From: Elusimicrobiota bacterium
Lineage (GTDB): Bacteria; Elusimicrobiota; Elusimicrobia; Elusimicrobiales; UBA9959
Direction: 5' to 3'
Assembly: GCA_036574205.1 (NCBI GenBank)
Contig: JAINCQ010000020.1
Location: 19,688 to 83,687, forward strand
Length of the DNA: 64,000 nt
Position numbers and translations under genes: made by a program. How positions within the stretch are numbered: position 1 is the stretch's first letter; every line of letters begins with the position of its first letter. A model generated the notes under the pieces. That model made no database searches and was not told the DNA's origin. It saw only the letters and a program-made list of their open reading frames with translations. Positions 58,734 through 64,000 of this stretch are shown piece by piece.

Positions 58734-58807
58734 GGCACCGTAGCTCAGTTGGTTAGAGCGGGCGTTTCATAAGCGTCAGGTCGGAGGTTCGATCCCTCCC
58801 GGTGCCA
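58734..58807 (+). tRNA. tRNA-Met (anticodon CAT), elongator-like; tRNA-Ile2(CAT) not excluded
   Basis: Hand-folded: acceptor GGCACCG/CGGTGCC, D arm GCTC-AGTTGGTTA-GAGC, anticodon arm GGCGT-TTCATAA-GCGTC (with G-U pairs) and T arm GGAGG-TTCGATC-CCTCC. The anticodon stem lacks the initiator-type run of three G-C pairs. Confidence 0.9.
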
Positions 58808-58879
58808 GTTATGCTATAATAAACATAGAATACCAAACTGGAGATTTTAAAGGTATAAGAGGGGTAGAAATAAAGAAAA

Positions 58880-59347
58880 ATGGATGAAATAATACTCACA
58901 GAAGAAGGATATAGAAAATTGAGAGAGGAACTTAATAAGTTATATGCTGAAAAACAGGATATAAATCAGGAACTTCAAGAAACAAGAGAACAGGGAGATT
59001 TAAGCGAAAATGCTGGATACCAATATGCAAAAGAAAAACAACTCAGGATTTTAAGAAGAATTTCAGATCTTGAATTAATGATTAAAAAAGCTAAAATAGT
59101 AAATCTTTCTGAGGTTAAAAAAGATGAGGTTAGAATTGGTGCAAAAGTGAAGATAATAGATAATGAATCAAAAGAGGAAAAGGTTTATTCTATCGTATCA
59201 AGCATCGAATCAGATCCTTTAAATGGAAAGATATCAATAGATTCTCCACTTGCTAAGGGATTAATTGGAGCTAAAGTAGGAGAGACACGACAAATAATTT
59301 TACCAACCGGCAAAAAAGAATTTACAGTGTTAAATATAGAGTACTGA
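58880..59347 (+). CDS. greA: Transcription elongation factor GreA
   Basis: ILTEEGYRKLREEL...GDLSENAGYQYAKE coiled-coil N-terminus and a C-terminal FKBP-like domain, 155 aa. Confidence 0.9.
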   Translation: MDEIILTEEGYRKLREELNKLYAEKQDINQELQETREQGDLSENAGYQYAKEKQLRILRRISDLELMIKKAKIVNLSEVKKDEVRIGAKVKIIDNESKEEKVYSIVSSIESDPLNGKISIDSPLAKGLIGAKVGETRQIILPTGKKEFTVLNIEY

Positions 59348-59370
59348 TAATGATATAAGAGGAGGAAAAA

Positions 59371-60720
59371 ATGGCTTTCTGGGGACAGAAGAACGAACCT
59401 GATAAAACACCAAATCAATCTGATAATATTAATATTTCTAAATATTCTTCACTTGAAGAGGCTTATAACGACTTGCTTAATTCAAAGACAAAATCTCCCG
59501 CTATAGACCTTGCAATAAAAATGAGTGATATGATATTAGAATATGCGATAAAAGAAAGAGCTAGCGACATACATATAGAAGGACAGGCTCAAAATCTTAG
59601 AGTAAGATTCAGAATAGACGGTATACTTCATGATGCTTTAAATGTTCCTAAAAATCCTCAACTTCCTTTGACCCAGAGAATAAGAGTCTTAGCCGGTTTT
59701 GACCCAGAGCCCCCATCATCATATAGGAATGAAGAAGGTAGATTTCAGAAAATAATAAACAACAAAGCAATACAGGTCCGGGTTTCTTCGTTTCCAACTA
59801 TAAATGGAGAGAAACTTGTTTTAAGGGTTCTTGATAAAGGACAGCTTGGACTTGATATAGAGCAACTTGGAATGCATGCAGATACATTATCTATTGTTAA
59901 AAAAATAATAAGAAACCCTTATGGTATATTCTTTATAACAGGGGCAACTGGTTCTGGAAAAACTACCACTTTATACGCTATGCTCAAAAACATAAACTCT
60001 CCTTCTATAAATATAATAACTCTTGAAGATCCAGTAGAATACAGACTTGAAGGTATAAATCAGGCTCAGATAAATGTTAAAACTGGATTTACATGGTCTG
60101 AAGGACTAAGGACAATTTTAAGACAGGATCCTGATGTTATTATGGTAGGTGAAATAAGAGATTACGAAACAGCTGAAATAAGCTTAAGAGCAGCTTTAAC
60201 CGGACATCTTCTTTTTACAACCATACATACCATTAGCGCGCCAAGCACAGTAGAAAGACTTTTTGAGATGGGGATCCCACCTTTTCTAATGGCTTCTTCA
60301 ATGATAGGAGCCATGTCTCAAAGGCTTGTAAGAAAGGTATGCCCTAAATGCTCTAAAAAAGCAGTACCTCCTACTGAGGCAAGCGTAAATGAATTTATAA
60401 AAAATATGGATCCATTTGAAGGTAAAATAGTTAAAGAGATGCTACTTCAACCAAATGCTGAATATCGTGTTGCTAAAGAGGATGGTTGCCCTGAATGCAG
60501 AAATACAGGCTATATGGGTAGAACAGGTATATTTGAGCTTATGATAATGAACGAAGATATAAGAAAAGAAGTTTTAAATCACGCCACAACTGATATAATC
60601 AAGAAAACAGCCATTCAAAGCGGCAAAATGAAAACTCTTCTTATGGATGGTATATTAAAAGCGAGAGCTGGTATAACAACTCTGTCTGAAGTAATAAGAG
60701 TTACTGCAACAATGGTTTAA
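59371..60720 (+). CDS. Type II/IV secretion system ATPase (GspE/PilB family)
   Basis: Walker A GATGSGKTTTLYA, Asp box, Walker B VIMVGEIRD, His box and a tetracysteine Zn motif CPKC...CPEC. GGAGG SD. The N-terminal region is short (449 aa in total). Confidence 0.85.
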   Translation: MAFWGQKNEPDKTPNQSDNINISKYSSLEEAYNDLLNSKTKSPAIDLAIKMSDMILEYAIKERASDIHIEGQAQNLRVRFRIDGILHDALNVPKNPQLPLTQRIRVLAGFDPEPPSSYRNEEGRFQKIINNKAIQVRVSSFPTINGEKLVLRVLDKGQLGLDIEQLGMHADTLSIVKKIIRNPYGIFFITGATGSGKTTTLYAMLKNINSPSINIITLEDPVEYRLEGINQAQINVKTGFTWSEGLRTILRQDPDVIMVGEIRDYETAEISLRAALTGHLLFTTIHTISAPSTVERLFEMGIPPFLMASSMIGAMSQRLVRKVCPKCSKKAVPPTEASVNEFIKNMDPFEGKIVKEMLLQPNAEYRVAKEDGCPECRNTGYMGRTGIFELMIMNEDIRKEVLNHATTDIIKKTAIQSGKMKTLLMDGILKARAGITTLSEVIRVTATMV

Positions 60721-60726
60721 TAATCA

Positions 60727-61686
60727 ATGAATCCGGGCGCTGTGCTAAAATTTGGGGGGAGCTCGCTTGCTAATAGCCAAAAATTAGCTTTTATTGCAAG
60801 AAAAATAAAAAAAATAAGCAAAAAATATAAAAAAATTATTATAGTGCTTTCCGCTCCAGCAAATATAACTGACAATCTTCTTGAACTATCCTCAAAATTC
60901 AAACAAATACCATCGGCTACTGATATGCTTATGTCAGCAGGAGAAACAATAAGCATCTCTATGATGGAGATGGCGCTAAACTCAATAAATGTCAAATCAA
61001 AGGCGCTAAATCCTTATCAGGCAGGGATTATCACCGACTCAAAACATCTTGACGCAAATATCCTTTATATAAAAAAGGAAGGAATAACCAGGCTTTTAGA
61101 TAAAAATATTATTCCAGTAATTGCAGGCTTTATAGGCATAAGTGAAAAATTCGAACTTACCACACTTGGAAGGGGTGGGTCTGATTACACAGCAGTTTAT
61201 CTTTCCGATGTATTTAAATCAGATTGCTTTTTATATAGTGATATAAAAGGGGTTTATTCTGCAAATCCTTCCAAAATAGAAAACGCTATTAAGCTTGATG
61301 AGATTTCTTATGTTGAACTTTTTGAAATTACAAAGGTTGATTCCTGTGTAAGACAAAATAAAGCTATGAGGTATGCGGAAAAGAAAAATATTTCTTTGCA
61401 TTTAGGTTCTATTTTTAGCAATGAGTCTCCAACTCTTATACGCAAAAAAACAAGAGAAGATATTAGAATAAAATATCTTTCAATAAACTATGAAGATGAA
61501 AAGACAACAATAAATTTTATAGGTGAAAATATTTCAAAAAATAAAAATATAATTGATAAAATAAAAAGCAGTTTTAATAAAATAGAGATAGAATCCAATC
61601 ACAGAATTAAATCAGAATTAAACCGATATATTGAAAAAGAAGAACTCATAAAAATATATAATTATTTTATTAATCCCAAAAATTAA
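60727..61686 (+). CDS. Aspartate kinase-like amino-acid kinase, atypically short
   Basis: LKFGGSSLAN and TLGRGGSDYTA signatures. It is only 319 aa, with at most one short ACT-like segment at the C-terminus. Confidence 0.6.
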   Translation: MNPGAVLKFGGSSLANSQKLAFIARKIKKISKKYKKIIIVLSAPANITDNLLELSSKFKQIPSATDMLMSAGETISISMMEMALNSINVKSKALNPYQAGIITDSKHLDANILYIKKEGITRLLDKNIIPVIAGFIGISEKFELTTLGRGGSDYTAVYLSDVFKSDCFLYSDIKGVYSANPSKIENAIKLDEISYVELFEITKVDSCVRQNKAMRYAEKKNISLHLGSIFSNESPTLIRKKTREDIRIKYLSINYEDEKTTINFIGENISKNKNIIDKIKSSFNKIEIESNHRIKSELNRYIEKEELIKIYNYFINPKN

Positions 61687-61781
61687 AACTCTATGTTATA
61701 CTCCACCAAAAATTAAAAGATAGTTTAATCAAGCATCTAAATTTTAAAATCTATAATTAAAGCCAATCAAGTTTTATCTTT

Positions 61782-63140
61782 TTAATTTTTTGCTTTTAAA
61801 TACATCCCTGATGGTTTTAAAAAAGAAGAATTGTTATAAACTATTTCTCCTCTAAGAATAGACATTTTGACCTTTCCATAAAGCTCAAAACCTTCATAAA
61901 CTGAATAATCGCATTTATGATAAAGATTTTTTGCTTTGACTTTAAATTTTTCATCTGGATTGAAAACACAAAAATCTGCCCAAAAACCTTTTTTTATCTC
62001 TCCTTTACCATAAATTCCAAAGATCTTTGCTGGATTTTTAGAAATCAACTCAAGCATTTTATAAGTAGATATATATCCCGGTTTTACAACATACGTATAT
62101 AAAAGTGAAACAAGAAGCTGCGATGAGGCTATACCCATAGGAATTTTAGTAAGATCATTTTTGAATTTTTCTTTATCCTTAGACATAAAAGCGCAGCTAT
62201 CAGTGGCAACTGTATCAAAATATTTAAGAAGTTTAAGCATCTTAAGCCTATTACTTTCATCTCTTAGAGGAGGGGTAAAAGTAAATAAATATGAGTCTTT
62301 TTTCTTATATATAGAGTCATTAAAAACAAAATAATGAGGAGATGTTTCAGCAAAAATCTCATATCCTCTTTCTTTATACTCTTTTATTATTTCAAAAGAC
62401 CTGGCTGATGAAATATGAACAAAATAAATCTTTGCTCTAAATTTTTCATTGAGTTTTAAAAGCTTAAAAATAGCATAATTTTCAGTAAACTCATCTCTTA
62501 TAATAGGATGAAATTTTATTGATTTTGCATTTTTCCCATACTTAACTAAATTATATGATATTAAATCTTCCGACTCAGCATGAACGCATACAACTATTCC
62601 AAAACGTTTTGCATTTTCCAGAATAGCTGATATTATAAACTCATCACTCATAAGTCCGCGTAACTTATAAGCCGTAAATATTTTAATTGATTTTGCTCCA
62701 ATTTTAGCTATTTTTTCAATTCTTTTTTGAGCTTCTAAAGGTGTTTTTATATTCTTAAGAACAAAATGAAAAGAATAATCTGCGTAAGAATCTTTTATCT
62801 GAGTTAACCTTTCATTTAAATCTTTTTCAACATCCTTATAATCCCCATCAGTAAAATCTATATAGGTTGTTATCCCGCCAGAAAGACAAGCTTTTGAACC
62901 TGATATGAAATCATCCGAATTAAACTTGTTTTTTTCAATCTTAAGATTGAAATGGGTATGAGAATCAATTAAGCCAGGGAAAAGATATAGAGATTTGAGA
63001 TCCAGAATATTATATCCCTTATAAGAAAAAGATGACCCAACAGAAATCCTCTCGATCAAACCATTTTTAACAAAAACGTTGCATTTTTTAAATCCACCAT
63101 CTGTTGCAATGATGGCGTTTTTCAATGCCAATTTTTTCAT
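61782..63140 (-). CDS. Cyclic amidohydrolase (dihydropyrimidinase/hydantoinase-like)
   Basis: PGLIDSHTHF metal site, SIKIFTAY (carboxylated-Lys context) and VHAE, 452 aa. Confidence 0.7.
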   Translation of the reverse strand: MKKLALKNAIIATDGGFKKCNVFVKNGLIERISVGSSFSYKGYNILDLKSLYLFPGLIDSHTHFNLKIEKNKFNSDDFISGSKACLSGGITTYIDFTDGDYKDVEKDLNERLTQIKDSYADYSFHFVLKNIKTPLEAQKRIEKIAKIGAKSIKIFTAYKLRGLMSDEFIISAILENAKRFGIVVCVHAESEDLISYNLVKYGKNAKSIKFHPIIRDEFTENYAIFKLLKLNEKFRAKIYFVHISSARSFEIIKEYKERGYEIFAETSPHYFVFNDSIYKKKDSYLFTFTPPLRDESNRLKMLKLLKYFDTVATDSCAFMSKDKEKFKNDLTKIPMGIASSQLLVSLLYTYVVKPGYISTYKMLELISKNPAKIFGIYGKGEIKKGFWADFCVFNPDEKFKVKAKNLYHKCDYSVYEGFELYGKVKMSILRGEIVYNNSSFLKPSGMYLKAKN

Positions 63141-63340
63141 TCCTGTTTTTTTGAAGAAAATAATACCGCAAAACTAACCACAGTAGAACCTATTATAATA
63201 AAAGAATAAAGCGCCACAAACCCCCATATTTGATCAAGAGTTGTAAGGGTTTTAACTGTAAGGTTAAAAAAATGAACAGAGAAAGCGACAGAGACTATCC
63301 AGAACACTAAAAAAATAGCTTTAACAATATAACTCACCAT
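63137..63340 (-). CDS. Hypothetical small two-TM membrane protein
   Basis: 67 aa with two hydrophobic helices. Its stop overlaps the amidohydrolase start by 4 nt. Existence as a gene is uncertain. Confidence 0.3.
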   Translation of the reverse strand: MVSYIVKAIFLVFWIVSVAFSVHFFNLTVKTLTTLDQIWGFVALYSFIIIGSTVVSFAVLFSSKKQE

Positions 63341-63387
63341 AATAAAATTTTACAATTTTTATAAGCAAAAAAATCAACAGAATATAT

Positions 63388-64000
63388 TTAAATTTTAATT
63401 TCACTGCGTTCAAATTTACACAAAATATCTTTTGCTATTAATATATCTTTTTTGATTCTTGTAATAAGAGTTTTAGCGGAAGAAAATTTTTTTTCATCTC
63501 TTATCCTGGAAACAAACTTTATTTCAATATTTTTGCCATATATATCTTTGTTAAAATCAAATATATGAACCTCACATATAAGAGCATTATTAAGAGTTTT
63601 CAATGTTGGCCTTGTCCCTATACTTGCCACTCCGCTATAACTTTTATTTTGAAGATAAATTTTAACTGCATAAACACCCCTTGGAGTAATTTTTAAGGGA
63701 TCCGTTTTAAGATTGGCTGTGGGAAACCCTATTTTCTTTCCAACCCCCGCTCCTTTTACAACAATCCCGCTTAAAGAATACATTCTTCCAAGACATATAT
63801 TGGCATCCCTGATGTTTCCTTTATGTAAAAAAGACCTTATTAATGAAGAAGAAACCTTATGTTGATTATATTTAATAAAATCTATAATCTGTAAATCTAT
63901 TGAATTCTCAATGCAAAAATCAACAAGCCATTTATTATTACCTTCCCTGTTATAACCAACTGAAAAATCCTTTCCTACAACTATAAATTTTGGCTTATAT
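63388..64000 (-). CDS. ribF: Bifunctional riboflavin kinase / FMN adenylyltransferase (5'-truncated by the window edge)
   Basis: The kinase domain has GVGKKIGFPTANL. My own translation upstream of the track Met (63783) stays open to 64000 and reads ...GKDFSVGYNREGN...VSSSLIRSFLHKGNIRDANICLGR, which is typical of RibF. Confidence 0.8.
   Translation of the reverse strand, partial: YKPKFIVVGKDFSVGYNREGNNKWLVDFCIENSIDLQIIDFIKYNQHKVSSSLIRSFLHKGNIRDANICLGRMYSLSGIVVKGAGVGKKIGFPTANLKTDPLKITPRGVYAVKIYLQNKSYSGVASIGTRPTLKTLNNALICEVHIFDFNKDIYGKNIEIKFVSRIRDEKKFSSAKTLITRIKKDILIAKDILCKFERSEIKI

Overview
AT-rich bacterial chromosomal window (coding lines are about 28-30% G+C where I counted). It is very gene-dense, with about 65 CDS and 2 tRNAs, mostly in long co-directional arrays with overlapping stop/start codons. 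The organism is clearly diderm. One block (10.1-28.3 kb) holds LPS genes: lptB with LptA/LptC-like neighbours, kdsD-kdsA-pyrG-kdsB, a heptose kinase, a GT9 heptosyltransferase, lpxK, gmhB and waaA. The rest is housekeeping: uvrA, nadB, secDF-yajC, tgt-queA, ruvABC-yebC, yceD-rpmF-plsX-fabG-acpP-rnc, acyl-CoA dehydrogenase plus etfBA, ribE-ribD-ribH-ribBA and a partial ribF, purB-purA, malic enzyme and greA. There are also a prepilin-like gene, an orphan GspE/PilB-type ATPase and two SpoIID-family genes. I see no integrase, transposase, CRISPR array, RT or recognisable defence gene. Three things stand out. (1) A roughly 550-bp non-coding, GC-rich, hairpin-dense block lies directly 3' of tRNA-Arg (37978-38530). 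It contains a perfect 99-bp unit repeated at a 120-bp period, an arm-swapped copy of one hairpin, a mutually exclusive pairing option and three small G/C-arm hairpin elements. I cannot assign it to any RNA or repeat family. (2) A 1405-aa signal-peptide-bearing protein with tail-fibre-like motifs and a near-identical 351-bp internal tandem duplication is translationally coupled to a small secreted FlgD-Ig/T9SS-CTD-like protein at the distal end of the LPS-core operon. (3) A TPR-fused SpoIID paralog appears to have lost the family's catalytic signature. All functional calls rest on motif recognition in the supplied translations. No database search was run.
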